The notes under the pieces were generated by a model. The model did no database searches, was not told the DNA's origin, and saw only the letters and a list, made by a program, of their open reading frames with translations. DNA of 64,000 nt. It comes from Escherichia coli (GTDB lineage: Bacteria; Pseudomonadota; Gammaproteobacteria; Enterobacterales; Enterobacteriaceae). The position numbers were made by a program, and so were the translations under genes. The stretch lies in NCBI RefSeq assembly GCF_041886205.1, contig NZ_CP169029.1. The stretch is one strand, 5' to 3'. This document shows, in pieces, positions 14,624 through 28,598 of this stretch (its first letter is position 1; each line of letters begins with the position of its first letter).

Positions 14624-16219
14624 TTATTGCCCGCGCGTTAACTCCCGCGCGGGTAATTGCTCCATCCATTGCATAAACACCTGCGGCGGCATCGCCTTCG
14701 CAAAGAACCATCCCTGGCAATAGCGCACGCCGCGTTTGCGCAGCCAGTTAACCTGCTCCTCAGTTTCGACGCCTTCAGCGATCGTTTTTAACCCCAGGCT
14801 GTGCGCCAGCTCGATGATGTGTTCCGCAATCAAATGACTGGTTTTGTGGGTGGTCAGCGTTTCAACAAACGATTTGTCGATTTTCAAAATATCGACATTC
14901 AATGATTTAAGGTTATGCAAGTTAGAGTAGCCAATACCAAAATCATCAATTGCCACTTCGTAACCGGCCTGGCGGAAAGCCAGAATAATCGGCGTCATTT
15001 TGTCAACATCAAGAAATGCATGTTCAGTCACTTCAAATTTAATTTGCTGCGGACGCACCGCGTATTGCTCTGTTTTCTGATTGATTCGCGCTATCAACCG
15101 TGACGTATGAAAATCGGAGGCCGACAGGTTAATAGAAACATAGCGATCTGCATGTGTTGCCAGGTAATCGCCCAGATCGCGGAAGACATTATCAATAACA
15201 TAATCAGTTATCTGTTCTATCATCCCCTCCTTTTCTGCCAGCGGAATAAACTCTGCCGGATTCATTATTTGCCCCTGCTCACCAGGCCAACGTAACAACG
15301 CTTCAGCGCCGATACATTTTTCTGTTTTGATATCGATTATTGGCTGGTAATAAAGACAAAGTTGATGTTTTTCGAGGGCGCGTTGCAATTTACGTTTGGG
15401 AGATAAATAGTTTTGTCGAATACGTAGCCAGAGTAATAGCAGAACAAGACTCCCCAAAATACCGGCAGGCAACGCAAAAATAAGATGATTATAAAAATGG
15501 GTTATAAGACGTTGATATGAAGTCGCAACAATGGCTGCAATTGGGCGTTTTGTCGAATAAACTGTCGCATATAAATAGCCATTTCTTTGTACGGTTAAAT
15601 CCTTCAAATGAATCAGCGGAGAAAACGTTGCTGCCGAGGCCTCTTTGCTTAACGAGAAAAAGGTTTTCGTCACCGTATCATACACACCCCATTGCAATGT
15701 CGGGTCATCAGACATCACTTCACTCCAGAAGAGAGGGTTGATAACCGCCACATAATTTCCCCGCTGCATATAGGTCATTTTATAGCCAGAGAAAAAAGGC
15801 GTATCGCGGTAATAATAGATAGAAACGTTAGGTTCACGCTTATAATCGGCCGGTGCAATCGTATAGCCGTTTACAGGCGCTATCAGCGATGAGCATAAAA
15901 AATGGTTATCACGGGCATAGATCAATTCATTAATATAAAGATAGCCACGAATAATATTCAACATTCGCTTTTGATGGGCTGGAGTGCAAACTTGCCCCTG
16001 ATAGCGTTCAGCTGCATCGCTCACTAAATCTGCCTGGCGAATGACCAGCTCGGATTTATCCAGTGCCAGTTGAGCAAAGGTTCGGAGCTGATTATTCACT
16101 TCTGATTTTGCCCAAAGGAAGGCAATCCATAGCGAAAGAATGATGGGAAAGAGAACTAAAAAGATAATGCCCGGCAACGCCAGTAATTGGTGTCGTGCAC
16201 GATGACTCATTGCTATCAA
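14624..16219 (-). CDS. pdeC: c-di-GMP phosphodiesterase PdeC (YjcC): CSS sensor domain plus EAL domain
   Basis: N-terminal TM/periplasmic domain and C-terminal EAL domain ([14 protein letters not shown] motifs). Confidence 0.85.
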
Positions 16220-16639
16220 TTTCCTGCCTGTTTATACCCGGCCATTGCAAGGTGAAAACCCTGGGTACCGACGTCTTTAGATAAATCTTACGGTATAAAT
16301 AGCACTTTTGCCTGATTTGAAATTGATACCTTTCTAATCGTCACCTGGATGAAAATAATTCATTGATATTCAAAATTAATTTCCTACAGGAATGCAGAGG
16401 CGGCGGGAAGATATGCCCTTAATGCCACTGAAAAACCACATAATCTGTACAGCAATAAAAGTCACGGCCTAATATGGCTAACAAACAATCAATTGTGATA
16501 TAGTTCACAAAATTAATGAAACAAACAGAGTGTTTCATTTTTGTGTTCTGCAAGCCCCGCGATAGCCAGAGTGTACCACGCCTCCCGTGAACAACGCCGC
16601 GCTGTCCAGGGCATCGGCTCTTTTCAGAGGAATTGTTTG

Positions 16640-16921
16640 ATGGCTACCCTCACCACTGGCGTGGTTCTTCTTCGCTGGCAACTTCTTAGTGCCGTAATGA
16701 TGTTTCTGGCCAGCACACTCAACATCCGTTTTCGTCGGTCTGATTATGTCGGGCTTGCGGTGATCAGCAGCGGTCTGGGCGTTGTTTCCGCCTGTTGGTT
16801 CGCAATGGGGTTGCTTGGCATCACAATGGCGGACATCACCGCTATCTGGCACAACATCGAGTCGGTGATGATAGAAGAGATGAATCAGACACCGCCACAA
16901 TGGCCAATGATTTTGACCTGA
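16640..16921 (+). CDS. yjcB: Small membrane protein YjcB (93 aa)
   Basis: 93-aa hydrophobic ORF starting MATLTTGVVLLRW; internal ATG 16640 chosen over ORF-track start. Confidence 0.7.
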   Translation: MATLTTGVVLLRWQLLSAVMMFLASTLNIRFRRSDYVGLAVISSGLGVVSACWFAMGLLGITMADITAIWHNIESVMIEEMNQTPPQWPMILT

Positions 16922-16925
16922 TACG

Positions 16926-16958
16926 TAGAAGCCTCCATAACGGAGGCTTCTTTTTTAT
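16926..16958. terminator. Intrinsic terminator between yjcB and ssb
   Basis: gaagcctcc-ataac-ggaggcttc followed by tttttta. Confidence 0.65.
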
Positions 16959-17019
16959 GGCTGGCAGATGCTTTAATCATCCACCTTAAAACAATATAAC
17001 CTATTGTTTTAATGACAAA

Positions 17020-17556
17020 TCAGAACGGAATGTCATCATCAAAGTCCATCGGCGGCTCGTTAGACGGCGCTGCCGGAGCGGACTGCTGCGGGCGAGACTG
17101 CGCGCCGCCGCTGAACTGATTGCCACCCTGCGGCTGCTGAGGCTGACCCCAACCGCCCTGCGGCTGACCACCACCGATATTGCCACCTGCCGGAGCGCCA
17201 CCACCCTGACGACCACCCAGCATCTGCATGGTGCCGCCAACGTTCACCACGACTTCTGTGGTGTAGCGATCCTGACCGGATTGATCGGTCCATTTACGGG
17301 TACGCAGCTGACCTTCGATATAAACCTGAGAACCTTTACGCAGATATTCGCTCGCCACTTCTGCCAGTTTGCCGAACAGCACAACGCGGTGCCATTCAGT
17401 CTGTTCTTTCATCTCGCCGGTCGCTTTATCACGCCAGGATTCGGAAGTAGCCAGCGTAATGTTGGCAACTGCGCCACCATTTGGCATGTAGCGTACTTCC
17501 GGGTCCTGACCCAGATTACCAACGAGAATAACCTTGTTTACGCCTCTGCTGGCCAT
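17020..17556 (-). CDS. ssb: Single-stranded DNA-binding protein SSB (178 aa)
   Basis: [28 protein letters not shown]... OB fold, Gly/Gln-rich linker, C-terminal DDDIPF; true start 17556, not 17619. Confidence 0.95.
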   Translation of the reverse strand: MASRGVNKVILVGNLGQDPEVRYMPNGGAVANITLATSESWRDKATGEMKEQTEWHRVVLFGKLAEVASEYLRKGSQVYIEGQLRTRKWTDQSGQDRYTTEVVVNVGGTMQMLGGRQGGGAPAGGNIGGGQPQGGWGQPQQPQGGNQFSGGAQSRPQQSAPAAPSNEPPMDFDDDIPF

Positions 17557-17708
17557 GTTCGTGTCTCCTGAAAAAAATCGTTCTGAATAAGTGTAAACGC
17601 GCGATTGTACCATTACCAATAGCGCTTTTACTATGTTGTGACCTCGGTTCCGGGAAACAAACCTGGCCAGACATTGTTACACAACACTCCGGGTAATGCA
17701 TTCCAATA

Positions 17709-17724
17709 CTGTATATTCATTCAG
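17709..17724. promoter_or_regulatory. LexA box shared by divergent ssb and uvrA promoters
   Basis: CTGTATATTCATTCAG matches CTGT-N8-ACAG in the ssb/uvrA intergenic region. Confidence 0.8.
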
Positions 17725-17809
17725 GTCAATTTGTGTCATAATTAACCGTTTGTGATCGCCGGTAGCACCATGCCACCGGGCAAAAAAGCGTTTAATCCGG
17801 GAAAGGTGA

Positions 17810-20632
17810 ATGGATAAGATCGAAGTTCGGGGCGCCCGCACCCATAATCTCAAAAACATCAACCTCGTTATCCCCCGCGACAAGCTCATTGTCGTGACCG
17901 GGCTTTCGGGTTCTGGCAAATCCTCGCTCGCTTTCGACACCTTATATGCCGAAGGGCAGCGCCGTTACGTTGAATCCCTTTCCGCCTACGCGCGGCAGTT
18001 TCTGTCACTGATGGAAAAGCCGGACGTCGATCATATTGAGGGGCTTTCTCCTGCCATCTCAATTGAGCAGAAATCGACGTCTCATAACCCGCGTTCTACG
18101 GTGGGGACAATCACCGAAATCCACGACTATTTGCGTTTGTTGTTCGCCCGCGTCGGCGAACCGCGCTGTCCGGACCACGACGTCCCGCTGGCGGCGCAAA
18201 CCGTCAGCCAGATGGTGGATAACGTGCTGTCGCAGCCGGAAGGCAAGCGTCTGATGCTGCTCGCGCCAATCATTAAAGAGCGCAAAGGCGAACACACCAA
18301 AACGCTGGAGAACCTGGCAAGCCAGGGTTACATCCGTGCTCGTATTGATGGCGAAGTCTGCGATCTTTCCGATCCGCCGAAACTGGAACTGCAAAAGAAA
18401 CATACCATTGAAGTGGTGGTTGATCGCTTCAAGGTGCGTGACGATCTTACCCAACGTCTGGCCGAGTCGTTTGAAACCGCGCTAGAGCTTTCCGGTGGTA
18501 CCGCGGTAGTGGCGGATATGGACGACCCGAAAGCGGAAGAGCTGCTGTTCTCCGCCAACTTCGCCTGCCCAATTTGCGGTTACAGTATGCGCGAGCTGGA
18601 GCCGCGACTGTTTTCGTTTAACAACCCGGCGGGGGCCTGCCCGACCTGCGACGGCCTTGGCGTACAGCAATATTTCGATCCTGACCGCGTGATCCAGAAT
18701 CCGGAACTGTCGCTGGCAGGTGGTGCGATCCGTGGCTGGGATCGCCGCAACTTCTATTATTTCCAGATGCTGAAATCACTGGCAGATCACTATAAGTTCG
18801 ACGTCGAAGCGCCGTGGGGCAGCTTGAGCGCGAACGTGCATAAAGTGGTGTTGTACGGTTCTGGCAAAGAAAACATTGAATTCAAATACATGAACGATCG
18901 TGGCGATACCTCCATCCGTCGTCATCCGTTCGAAGGCGTGCTGCACAATATGGAGCGCCGTTATAAAGAGACAGAATCCAGTGCGGTACGTGAAGAATTA
19001 GCCAAGTTTATCAGCAATCGCCCATGCGCCAGCTGCGAAGGAACGCGTCTGCGTCGGGAAGCGCGCCACGTGTATGTCGAGAATACGCCGCTGCCCGCCA
19101 TCTCCGACATGAGCATCGGTCATGCGATGGAATTCTTCAACAATCTCAAACTCGCAGGTCAGCGGGCGAAGATTGCGGAAAAAATTCTTAAAGAGATCGG
19201 CGATCGTTTGAAATTCCTCGTTAACGTCGGCCTGAATTACCTGACGCTTTCCCGCTCGGCAGAAACGCTTTCCGGCGGTGAAGCCCAGCGTATCCGTCTG
19301 GCGAGCCAGATTGGTGCGGGCCTGGTTGGCGTTATGTACGTGCTGGACGAGCCATCTATCGGCCTGCACCAGCGCGATAACGAGCGCCTGTTGGGTACGC
19401 TTATCCATCTGCGCGATCTCGGTAATACCGTGATTGTGGTGGAGCACGACGAAGACGCGATTCGCGCCGCTGACCATGTGATCGACATTGGCCCGGGCGC
19501 AGGTGTTCACGGCGGTGAAGTGGTCGCGGAAGGTCCACTGGAAGCAATTATGGCGGTGCCGGAGTCGTTAACCGGACAGTACATGAGCGGTAAACGCAAG
19601 ATTGAAGTGCCGAAGAAACGCGTTCCGGCGAATCCGGAAAAAGTGCTGAAGCTGACAGGCGCACGCGGTAATAACCTGAAAGACGTGACGCTGACGCTGC
19701 CAGTCGGTCTGTTTACCTGCATCACAGGGGTTTCAGGTTCCGGTAAATCGACGCTGATTAACGACACACTGTTCCCGATTGCCCAACGCCAGTTGAATGG
19801 GGCGACCATCGCCGAACCGGCACCGTATCGCGATATTCAGGGACTGGAGCATTTCGACAAAGTGATCGATATCGACCAAAGCCCGATTGGTCGTACTCCG
19901 CGTTCTAACCCGGCGACCTATACCGGCGTGTTTACGCCTGTGCGCGAACTGTTTGCGGGCGTACCGGAATCCCGTGCGCGCGGCTATACGCCGGGACGTT
20001 TCAGCTTTAACGTTCGTGGCGGACGCTGCGAGGCCTGTCAGGGCGATGGCGTGATCAAAGTGGAGATGCACTTCCTGCCGGATATCTACGTGCCGTGCGA
20101 CCAGTGCAAAGGTAAACGCTATAACCGTGAAACGCTGGAGATTAAGTACAAAGGCAAAACCATCCACGAAGTGCTGGATATGACCATCGAAGAGGCGCGT
20201 GAGTTCTTTGATGCCGTACCTGCACTGGCGCGTAAGCTGCAAACGTTGATGGACGTTGGCCTGACGTACATTCGACTGGGGCAGTCCGCAACCACCCTTT
20301 CAGGCGGTGAAGCCCAGCGCGTGAAGCTGGCGCGTGAACTGTCAAAACGCGGCACCGGGCAGACGCTGTATATTCTCGACGAGCCGACCACCGGTCTGCA
20401 CTTCGCCGATATTCAGCAACTGCTCGACGTACTGCATAAACTGCGCGATCAGGGCAACACCATTGTGGTGATTGAGCACAATCTCGACGTGATCAAAACC
20501 GCTGACTGGATTGTCGACCTGGGACCAGAAGGCGGCAGTGGTGGCGGCGAGATCCTCGTCTCCGGTACGCCAGAAACCGTCGCGGAGTGCGAAGCATCAC
20601 ACACGGCACGCTTCCTTAAGCCGATGCTGTAA
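17810..20632 (+). CDS. uvrA: Excinuclease ABC subunit A UvrA (940 aa)
   Basis: Two ABC ATPase modules ([10 protein letters not shown]; [10 protein letters not shown]) and zinc-finger Cys clusters. Confidence 0.95.
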   Translation: MDKIEVRGARTHNLKNINLVIPRDKLIVVTGLSGSGKSSLAFDTLYAEGQRRYVESLSAYARQFLSLMEKPDVDHIEGLSPAISIEQKSTSHNPRSTVGTITEIHDYLRLLFARVGEPRCPDHDVPLAAQTVSQMVDNVLSQPEGKRLMLLAPIIKERKGEHTKTLENLASQGYIRARIDGEVCDLSDPPKLELQKKHTIEVVVDRFKVRDDLTQRLAESFETALELSGGTAVVADMDDPKAEELLFSANFACPICGYSMRELEPRLFSFNNPAGACPTCDGLGVQQYFDPDRVIQNPELSLAGGAIRGWDRRNFYYFQMLKSLADHYKFDVEAPWGSLSANVHKVVLYGSGKENIEFKYMNDRGDTSIRRHPFEGVLHNMERRYKETESSAVREELAKFISNRPCASCEGTRLRREARHVYVENTPLPAISDMSIGHAMEFFNNLKLAGQRAKIAEKILKEIGDRLKFLVNVGLNYLTLSRSAETLSGGEAQRIRLASQIGAGLVGVMYVLDEPSIGLHQRDNERLLGTLIHLRDLGNTVIVVEHDEDAIRAADHVIDIGPGAGVHGGEVVAEGPLEAIMAVPESLTGQYMSGKRKIEVPKKRVPANPEKVLKLTGARGNNLKDVTLTLPVGLFTCITGVSGSGKSTLINDTLFPIAQRQLNGATIAEPAPYRDIQGLEHFDKVIDIDQSPIGRTPRSNPATYTGVFTPVRELFAGVPESRARGYTPGRFSFNVRGGRCEACQGDGVIKVEMHFLPDIYVPCDQCKGKRYNRETLEIKYKGKTIHEVLDMTIEEAREFFDAVPALARKLQTLMDVGLTYIRLGQSATTLSGGEAQRVKLARELSKRGTGQTLYILDEPTTGLHFADIQQLLDVLHKLRDQGNTIVVIEHNLDVIKTADWIVDLGPEGGSGGGEILVSGTPETVAECEASHTARFLKPML

Positions 20633-20666
20633 TCGTTAAGGCCGCTTTCTGAGCGGCCTTTTCCTT

Positions 20667-21023
20667 TCAGAGTTGCACCAGCAATTTACGTTTTTCTTCC
20701 GGCAGTAAATTCACCGCCTGCTGATAAGACGCATCCACCAGATAATAGATTTGCGAATCTGGCAGCGAACCGTCGAGATACACGGTGCTCCAGTGCGCTT
20801 TATTCAGATGGCGGCTTGGACGCACATCGCTGTGCTGCTGACGTAGCAGCTCCGCCAGCTCCGGGCTGGTTTTCAGCGAAACAGCTGGGCGATTTTCTAC
20901 TTCTTTCACCATCGCAAACAGTACATCTTCCACTTTGATCTGCGTCGCTTTCCAGTCGTTATGCACGCTCTGTTCTGCGCCTGGTTTTGCCATGCAATAT
21001 TGTAGCAACTCCGAAATGGTCAT
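20667..21023 (-). CDS. yjbR: MmcQ/YjbR family DNA-binding protein
   Basis: 118-aa ORF in the conserved position downstream of uvrA. Confidence 0.8.
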   Translation of the reverse strand: MTISELLQYCMAKPGAEQSVHNDWKATQIKVEDVLFAMVKEVENRPAVSLKTSPELAELLRQQHSDVRPSRHLNKAHWSTVYLDGSLPDSQIYYLVDASYQQAVNLLPEEKRKLLVQL

Positions 21024-21026
21024 TTT

Positions 21027-21443
21027 TTACTCCCCTTGTAGTGTCGCGATGATGCGACGCGATCCGCCGTGGATGCGATGTTCCCCCAGCCAAATGCCTT
21101 GCCAGGTGCCGGTCTGAATACGCCCTTTATGCACCGGCAATACAAGCGATGTTCCCAGCATTGAGGATTTGATATGAGAAGGCATATCGTCTGCTCCCTC
21201 ATAGTCATGCTCATAATTTCCGTTGTCGGGAACGGTGCGGAGGAAAAAACGCTCCATGTCGTGGCGTACGGTGGGATCGCAGTTCTCATTAAGTGTCAGA
21301 GAGGCGGAGGTATGTTGCAGCAACAGATGCAGTAAGCCGATGTTAACGCGCGGCATATCAGCCAGCTGATTCAGAATTTCATCCGTTACCAGATGAAACC
21401 CACGAGATTTGGCGCTAAGCGTGAGCGTCTTTTGATACCACAT
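21027..21443 (-). CDS. yjbQ: YjbQ (UPF0047 secondary thiamine-phosphate synthase-like), 138 aa
   Basis: 138-aa ORF, conserved synteny with yjbR and aphA. Confidence 0.8.
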
Positions 21444-21553
21444 GTGCTGCTCCTTGATAAAACTCTCTTAATCAGTTTGCAGCAAGACAGCGAAAGGATA
21501 AAGGTGTGATTAAAAAAACAGCATTCGGGAGAGCATCACGCTCTCCCGCTCTG

Positions 21554-22546
<993 letters not shown>

Positions 22547-22629
22547 TTAATGAACTTAATGATACAGCATTACAAAAACAATCGAAGTTTATAAAGATGA
22601 TTTCTGATTGACCAGCCCCCTACCCTACA

Positions 22630-22872
22630 ATGGTGATTAATTTTATTACTCGCGATGGAGATGATGATATGAATATATCATATGTGAATAGCAACAAAAC
22701 GACATCTTTACCTGTTGAGCTAGATGCACTAAATAATAAAGATATCTCTTATGCCAAAGATTTCTTTTTATACATAGAAACACAGTTAAAAATTGCAAAA
22801 GATTTTTTAGACCTGGAGAAGAAGTATCAAGTTCTATTGCAAGTAAAGTTTTTCACGCATTTATTGATTTAG
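22630..22872 (+). CDS. Small hypothetical ORF in AT-rich aphA-tyrB spacer (yjbS-like position)
   Basis: 80-aa ORF in very AT-rich DNA; identity not recognised. Confidence 0.3.
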   Translation: MVINFITRDGDDDMNISYVNSNKTTSLPVELDALNNKDISYAKDFFLYIETQLKIAKDFLDLEKKYQVLLQVKFFTHLLI

Positions 22873-23373
22873 TTAACAAAATCAGGGGTAAGAAAGACTT
22901 TATGTATATTTGCACGCTTTGCTGTTTTGCCGAGGAGGTTAAAGGTGATTATTCTCATTACAGGACCTTTTTATTTGATATTGGTAATCAATATAAGGTT
23001 AAACTTACACAAAGCGGAAAAAAGAGTTCTCTTTAACATTAGAATTTAACGATACTATAATTGAATCTCAGAAAGTCACAGGCAATAAGGCAAAGCATAT
23101 TCTTGAGGATATAGAAATATTCTATCGTAACAAACCCGATACTTATTATTAAATTTAATAATGGTTAGATGTGCAGAAATTATTACTCCACCCAAAAAAA
23201 CAGGATAAGGAATTCCAGATAATTGGGATAAACTTAACAATAAAAGAACTAACAACGTTTATTATCTCTCACGTAGAACGATGGCATCAAAAAAATCATC
23301 TATAAAGAAAGAGTGAAAGCGACGACAGTTTAATTTCACTGCAGGCTGGGTAGCTCCAGCCTGCTTTCCTGCA

Positions 23374-24567
23374 TTACATCACCGCAGCAAACGCCTTTGC
23401 CACACGTTGTACATTTGCCGTATTTAACCCGGCGACACACATGCGACCGCTGGCGATGAGATAGACACCAAATTCTTCACGTAGTCGGTCAACCTGAGCG
23501 GCACTTAAACCGGTATAACTGAACATGCCGCGCTGATTAAGCAGATAATCGAAATTGCGTTCTGGCATCTCTGTGCTTAATACCTTCACCAATTCCTGAC
23601 GCATTGCCAGAATGCGAGTACGCATCTCTTCTACTTCCGCCAGCCAGCTGGCTTTCAATGCCTCGTCATTCAGCACTGCAGCCACCACCTGCGCACCAAA
23701 ATTCGGCGGGCTGGAGTAGTTGCGGCGAACTGTTGCTTTCAATTGCCCCAGTACGCGGCCAGCGGCTTCGGCATCTTCACACATAACAGAAAGTCCGCCG
23801 ACGCGCTCGCCGTAAAGGGAGAAAATTTTCGAGAACGAATTGCTCACCAGAGCGGGTAATCCAGCGCTGGCAATGGCGCGAATAGCGTAGGCATCCTCTT
23901 CCATACCGGCACCAAATCCTTGATAGGCAATATCGAGGAATGGAATAAGCTCGCGGGCTTTGAGAATTTCAATCACCGCATCCCACTGATCATTAGTGAG
24001 ATCGGCACCCGTTGGGTTGTGGCAACATGGATGCAGCAACACAATACTGCGGGCAGGTAATGTTTTCAGCGTCGCCAACAGGTCATTAAAGCGCACGCCG
24101 TTAGTCGCTTCGTCATACCAGGGGTAAGTACTCACTTCGAATCCAGCCCCGGCGAATATTGCTACGTGGTTTTCCCAGGTAGGATCGCTGACCCAGACGC
24201 CTGATTCCGGGAAGTAGCGTTTCAGGAAATCCGCGCCCACTTTCAATGCCCCGGAGCCGCCAAGGGTTTGAATGGTTGCTACGCGCTGTTGTTTCAGTAC
24301 CGGATGGTCCGCACCAAACAGCAGCGGCGCAATGGCATGGCGATAGCTGTTAAGCCCTTCCATCGGTAAATAAAGCGAAGCGCCATGAGGCTGCGCATTC
24401 AGGCGCGCTTCCGCCTCCGCCACGGCTTGCAGTTGTGGAATAATTCCGTCTTCGTTGTAGTACAGACCGATACTTAAATTCACTTTGTCGCTGCGAGGGT
24501 CTTCTTTAAAACGCTCCATAAGCGTAAGAATCGGGTCGCCAGCGTAGGCGTCAACTTTTTGAAACAC
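23374..24567 (-). CDS. tyrB: Aromatic-amino-acid aminotransferase TyrB (397 aa)
   Basis: Class I aminotransferase with [17 protein letters not shown]-lysine motif; N-terminus [14 protein letters not shown] implies GTG start at 24567. Confidence 0.9.
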   Translation of the reverse strand: MFQKVDAYAGDPILTLMERFKEDPRSDKVNLSIGLYYNEDGIIPQLQAVAEAEARLNAQPHGASLYLPMEGLNSYRHAIAPLLFGADHPVLKQQRVATIQTLGGSGALKVGADFLKRYFPESGVWVSDPTWENHVAIFAGAGFEVSTYPWYDEATNGVRFNDLLATLKTLPARSIVLLHPCCHNPTGADLTNDQWDAVIEILKARELIPFLDIAYQGFGAGMEEDAYAIRAIASAGLPALVSNSFSKIFSLYGERVGGLSVMCEDAEAAGRVLGQLKATVRRNYSSPPNFGAQVVAAVLNDEALKASWLAEVEEMRTRILAMRQELVKVLSTEMPERNFDYLLNQRGMFSYTGLSAAQVDRLREEFGVYLIASGRMCVAGLNTANVQRVAKAFAAVM

Positions 24568-24762
24568 GCGATGGTTCTCCAGGTTTACGGGCAGGTGGTT
24601 AAAACACAATAAACCGGAAGAAGGCGAAGATCGAGTGGATGTTCAGGAGCGAACGGCAATTAGCAACAGAGTGAGACTCATGACAAACGTACATCCGCCA
24701 GAGGCACGACCTTTATAAGAGCATGAAAGAACATCAACTTATTGAATTTTTAGGATTTTATT

Positions 24763-24794
24763 GGCCGGATAAGGCATTCACGCCGCATCCGGCA
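24763..24794. repeat. REP element in tyrB-alr spacer
   Basis: ggccggataaggcattcacgccgcatccggca. Confidence 0.75.
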
Positions 24795-24819
24795 CAGACA
24801 ATCAAATATTACAGAACGA

Positions 24820-25899
24820 TTAATCCACGTATTTCATCGCGACCCTTGAAGTCAGGCGCGTAATAAGTTCGTAAGCGCTTACTTTCGTCATTTCAGCGAT
24901 ACGTTCTACGGGCAAACCTTCGCCCCATAAAATGACCGGATCCCCGGCTTTGTCCTGCGCCTGTGGACCTAAGTCTACGCAGATCATATCCATCGCCACG
25001 CGCCCGACAATCGGTACTTCGCGACCGTTCACCAGCACTGGCGTACCGGACGGCGCGGCGCGCGGATAACCATCGCCATAGCCCATCGCGACTACGCCAA
25101 GACGGGTATCACGTTCGCTTACCCAGGTTCCACCATAACCAACAGGCTCTCCGGCTTTATGCTCACGCACGGCAATCAGGCTGGAGGTTAGTGACATCAC
25201 TGGCTGACAGCCAAAATCGGCACCGGTGGAGCGATCTTCCAGCGGCGAGACGCCATAAAGAATGATGCCCGGGCGCACCCAGTCAAAATGCGACTGTGGC
25301 CACAGCAGAATGCCACCCGACGCGGCAATGGAACGTTGACCAGGTTTGCCTTCGCAAAAGGTATTAAAGATAGCGAGTTGTTTCTCGGTTGCGCCACATT
25401 TTGGTTCATCCGCGCGCGCAAAATGGCTGACGATATTCACCGGCTGACGAACGTTTTTGCACTGGGTCAGGCGATGATAAAACGCCTCAGCCTGTTCCGG
25501 CCTTACGCCCAGACGGTGCATACCGGTATCGAGTTTCATCCAGACGGTAACCGGCTCGTCCAGGCTAGCCTCTTCCAGCGCAGCCAGCTGTTCTTCGTTA
25601 TGCACGGCGGTATGAAAATGTTGCGCAGAAATCGTCGGCAGATCTCTGGCATCAAAAAAGCCTTCGAGTAACAGTACAGGTTTGGTGATTCCCCCCGTAC
25701 GCAGTCGCAGAGCTTCTTCGAGACGGGCTACGCCAAAGGCGTCAGCATCGGGGAGCGTTCGCGCGGTCTCAAGAAGACCGTGACCATAAGCGTTCGCTTT
25801 CACCACCGCAACCATTTTACTGGCAGGGGCCAGTTCACGAAGACGTTGCAGGTTGTGTCGCAGAGCGCGGCGGTTAATCACAACAGTTGCCGCTTGCAT
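24820..25899 (-). CDS. alr: Alanine racemase Alr (359 aa)
   Basis: PLP-lysine motif [11 protein letters not shown]; 359 aa; upstream of dnaB as in E. coli. Confidence 0.95.
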   Translation of the reverse strand: MQAATVVINRRALRHNLQRLRELAPASKMVAVVKANAYGHGLLETARTLPDADAFGVARLEEALRLRTGGITKPVLLLEGFFDARDLPTISAQHFHTAVHNEEQLAALEEASLDEPVTVWMKLDTGMHRLGVRPEQAEAFYHRLTQCKNVRQPVNIVSHFARADEPKCGATEKQLAIFNTFCEGKPGQRSIAASGGILLWPQSHFDWVRPGIILYGVSPLEDRSTGADFGCQPVMSLTSSLIAVREHKAGEPVGYGGTWVSERDTRLGVVAMGYGDGYPRAAPSGTPVLVNGREVPIVGRVAMDMICVDLGPQAQDKAGDPVILWGEGLPVERIAEMTKVSAYELITRLTSRVAMKYVD

Positions 25900-25951
25900 T
25901 TGTGTTCCTTGATAAGTGTTTGCTTTAATTACCTAATTCATAAAATAATTA

Positions 25952-27367
25952 TTATTCGTCGTCGTACTGCGGCCCCGCATAGTTGTCGAAGCGCGACCAT
26001 TGACCGTTAAAGGTCAGGCGTACCGTCCCGATTGGGCCGTTACGTTGTTTACCGATAATAATTTCCGCGATGCCTTTTAAATCACTGTTTTCGTGATACA
26101 CCTCATCACGATAGATAAACATGATCAAGTCCGCATCCTGCTCGATAGAGCCAGATTCACGCAGGTCGGAGTTGACCGGGCGTTTGTCGGCACGTTGTTC
26201 CAGAGAACGGTTCAACTGGGACAGCGCCACCACCGGCACGTTCAGTTCTTTCGCCAGTGCTTTCAGCGAGCGAGAGATTTCTGCAATTTCCAGCGTACGG
26301 TTATCGGAAAGCGCCGGTACGCGCATCAGTTGCAGGTAGTCGATCATGATAAGCCCGATGCCGCCGTGTTCACGGGCAATACGGCGTGCGCGGGAACGCA
26401 CTTCCGTTGGCGTCAGGCCGGAGGAGTCATCGATATAGATATTGCGTTTTTCGAGCAAAATACCCATGGTGCCGGAAATGCGCGCCCAGTCTTCGTCATC
26501 GAGCTGCCCGGTACGGATTTTAGTCTGGTCAACGCGCGACAGCGACGCCAGAGAACGCATCATGATCTGTTCTGATGGCATCTCCAGCGAGAAGATAAGT
26601 ACCGGTTTATCCTGCAACATCGCCGCGTTTTCGACGAGGTTCATCGCAAATGTTGTTTTACCCATCGACGGACGCGCGGCGACGATGATCAAATCCGACG
26701 GCTGCAAGCCAGCGGTTTTTTTGTTGAGATCGTCATAACCGGTGTTTACCCCGGTAACGCCATCGTGTGGCTGCTGAAACAACTGCTCAATACGCGCCAC
26801 GGTTGCGTCGAGCACATCGGCGATGTTCTTCGGCCCTTCGTCTTTGTTCGCACGACTTTCGGCAATTTTAAAGACGCGGGATTCAGCCAGATCCAGCAGA
26901 TCTTCGCTGGTACGCCCCTGCGGATCAAAACCAGCTTCGGCAATCTCATTCGCAACCGAGATCATCTCACGGACAACGGCACGTTCACGCACGATGTCCG
27001 CATAGGCACTGATGTTAGCCGCACTTGGCGTATTTTTTGACAGCTCTGCCAGATAAGCAAAACCACCGACGCTATCGAGTTGCCCCTGGCGTTCCAGCGA
27101 TTCCGCAAGAGTAATCAGATCGATAGGGCTACCGCTTTCCTGCAAACGCGCCATTTCAGTAAAGATATGACGGTGTGGGCGGGTGTAAAAATCGTCTGCT
27201 ACCACACGCTCGGCTACATCATCCCAGCGTTCGTTATCTAGCATTAAACCGCCCAACACCGACTGCTCCGCTTCGATCGAGTGCGGAGGCACTTTCAGCC
27301 CGGCAACTTGTGGATCGCGTTCGCGGGGTTCAGCCTGCTGTTTGTTGAAGGGTTTATTTCCTGCCAT
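25952..27367 (-). CDS. dnaB: Replicative DNA helicase DnaB (471 aa)
   Basis: Walker A ARPSMGKTTF, 471 aa. Confidence 0.95.
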   Translation of the reverse strand: MAGNKPFNKQQAEPRERDPQVAGLKVPPHSIEAEQSVLGGLMLDNERWDDVAERVVADDFYTRPHRHIFTEMARLQESGSPIDLITLAESLERQGQLDSVGGFAYLAELSKNTPSAANISAYADIVRERAVVREMISVANEIAEAGFDPQGRTSEDLLDLAESRVFKIAESRANKDEGPKNIADVLDATVARIEQLFQQPHDGVTGVNTGYDDLNKKTAGLQPSDLIIVAARPSMGKTTFAMNLVENAAMLQDKPVLIFSLEMPSEQIMMRSLASLSRVDQTKIRTGQLDDEDWARISGTMGILLEKRNIYIDDSSGLTPTEVRSRARRIAREHGGIGLIMIDYLQLMRVPALSDNRTLEIAEISRSLKALAKELNVPVVALSQLNRSLEQRADKRPVNSDLRESGSIEQDADLIMFIYRDEVYHENSDLKGIAEIIIGKQRNGPIGTVRLTFNGQWSRFDNYAGPQYDDE

Positions 27368-27449
27368 AGTGAATGGAGTTACCGAGATAAAGAATGGGTC
27401 GAAACTTTACCATATGAAGCAGACCCTGACGATACGTTCTGGAGGACAC

Positions 27450-28433
27450 ATGGCAACACGAATTGAATTTCACAAGCACGGTGGCCCGGAAGTACTTCAA
27501 GCCGTAGAGTTCACTCCTGCCGATCCGGCGGAGAATGAAATCCAGGTCGAAAATAAAGCCATCGGCATCAATTTTATCGACACATATATCCGCAGCGGCC
27601 TTTACCCGCCGCCATCGCTACCCAGCGGATTAGGCACCGAAGCAGCAGGCATCGTGAGTAAAGTCGGCAGTGGTGTAAAGCATATTAAGGCAGGCGATCG
27701 TGTAGTCTATGCGCAGTCGGCGTTAGGCGCTTACAGCTCTGTGCATAACATTATTGCGGATAAAGCGGCGATTCTGCCTGCGGCAATTTCTTTTGAGCAA
27801 GCTGCGGCATCCTTCCTGAAAGGCTTAACGGTTTATTATCTGCTGCGCAAAACCTATGAAATTAAACCCGATGAGCAGTTCCTGTTCCACGCAGCAGCTG
27901 GCGGCGTTGGCTTGATTGCCTGCCAGTGGGCAAAAGCCCTGGGCGCGAAACTTATCGGCACCGTAGGAACCGCGCAAAAAGCGCAGAGCGCGCTAAAAGC
28001 GGGCGCGTGGCAGGTTATTAACTATCGTGAAGAGAATCTGGTCGAGCGGTTAAAAGAGATCACCGGCGGTAAGAAAGTGCGCGTGGTGTACGATTCCGTG
28101 GGCAGAGACACCTGGGAACGGTCGCTGGATTGCCTGCAACGCCGCGGCTTAATGGTGAGTTTTGGCAACTCATCAGGTGCGGTTACCGGTGTGAACTTAG
28201 GCATTCTCAATCAGAAAGGCTCGTTGTATGTGACACGCCCTTCCCTGCAAGGCTATATCACCACGCGGGAGGAATTAACCGAGGCCAGTAATGAACTGTT
28301 CTCTTTGATTGCCAGCGGTGTGATTAAGGTCGATGTCGCCGAGCAGCAGAAATATCCGCTGAAGGATGCGCAGCGTGCGCATGAAATTCTGGAAAGCCGG
28401 GCAACGCAAGGTTCCAGCCTGTTGATTCCATAA
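27450..28433 (+). CDS. qor: NADPH:quinone oxidoreductase Qor (327 aa, zeta-crystallin-like MDR)
   Basis: MATRIEFHKHGGPEVLQ... with Rossmann motif AAAGGVG; start at internal ATG 27450. Confidence 0.9.
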   Translation: MATRIEFHKHGGPEVLQAVEFTPADPAENEIQVENKAIGINFIDTYIRSGLYPPPSLPSGLGTEAAGIVSKVGSGVKHIKAGDRVVYAQSALGAYSSVHNIIADKAAILPAAISFEQAAASFLKGLTVYYLLRKTYEIKPDEQFLFHAAAGGVGLIACQWAKALGAKLIGTVGTAQKAQSALKAGAWQVINYREENLVERLKEITGGKKVRVVYDSVGRDTWERSLDCLQRRGLMVSFGNSSGAVTGVNLGILNQKGSLYVTRPSLQGYITTREELTEASNELFSLIASGVIKVDVAEQQKYPLKDAQRAHEILESRATQGSSLLIP

Positions 28434-28442
28434 AAGAAATAG

Positions 28443-28475
28443 GGCTTCCACCTGGGAAGCCCTTTCTTTTTATAG
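28443..28475. terminator. Intrinsic terminator after qor
   Basis: agggcttccc-acct-gggaagccct followed by ttctttttat. Confidence 0.7.
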
Positions 28476-28598
28476 TTCGGCTGTATGTAGGGTACAGCAC
28501 GATGAATCTGTTAGAGGCGCAATAGTGACAGATTTGATTATCAATTCCTATTTTGTTCTAAGGATAAAACCTTAGGTTGTGATCATCCGCACAATCCC

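Noticed and set aside
17020-17619. Extended 199-aa ssb ORF from the ORF track
   Set aside because: Canonical SSB begins at [11 protein letters not shown] (17556); the upstream extension covers the promoter and LexA-box region
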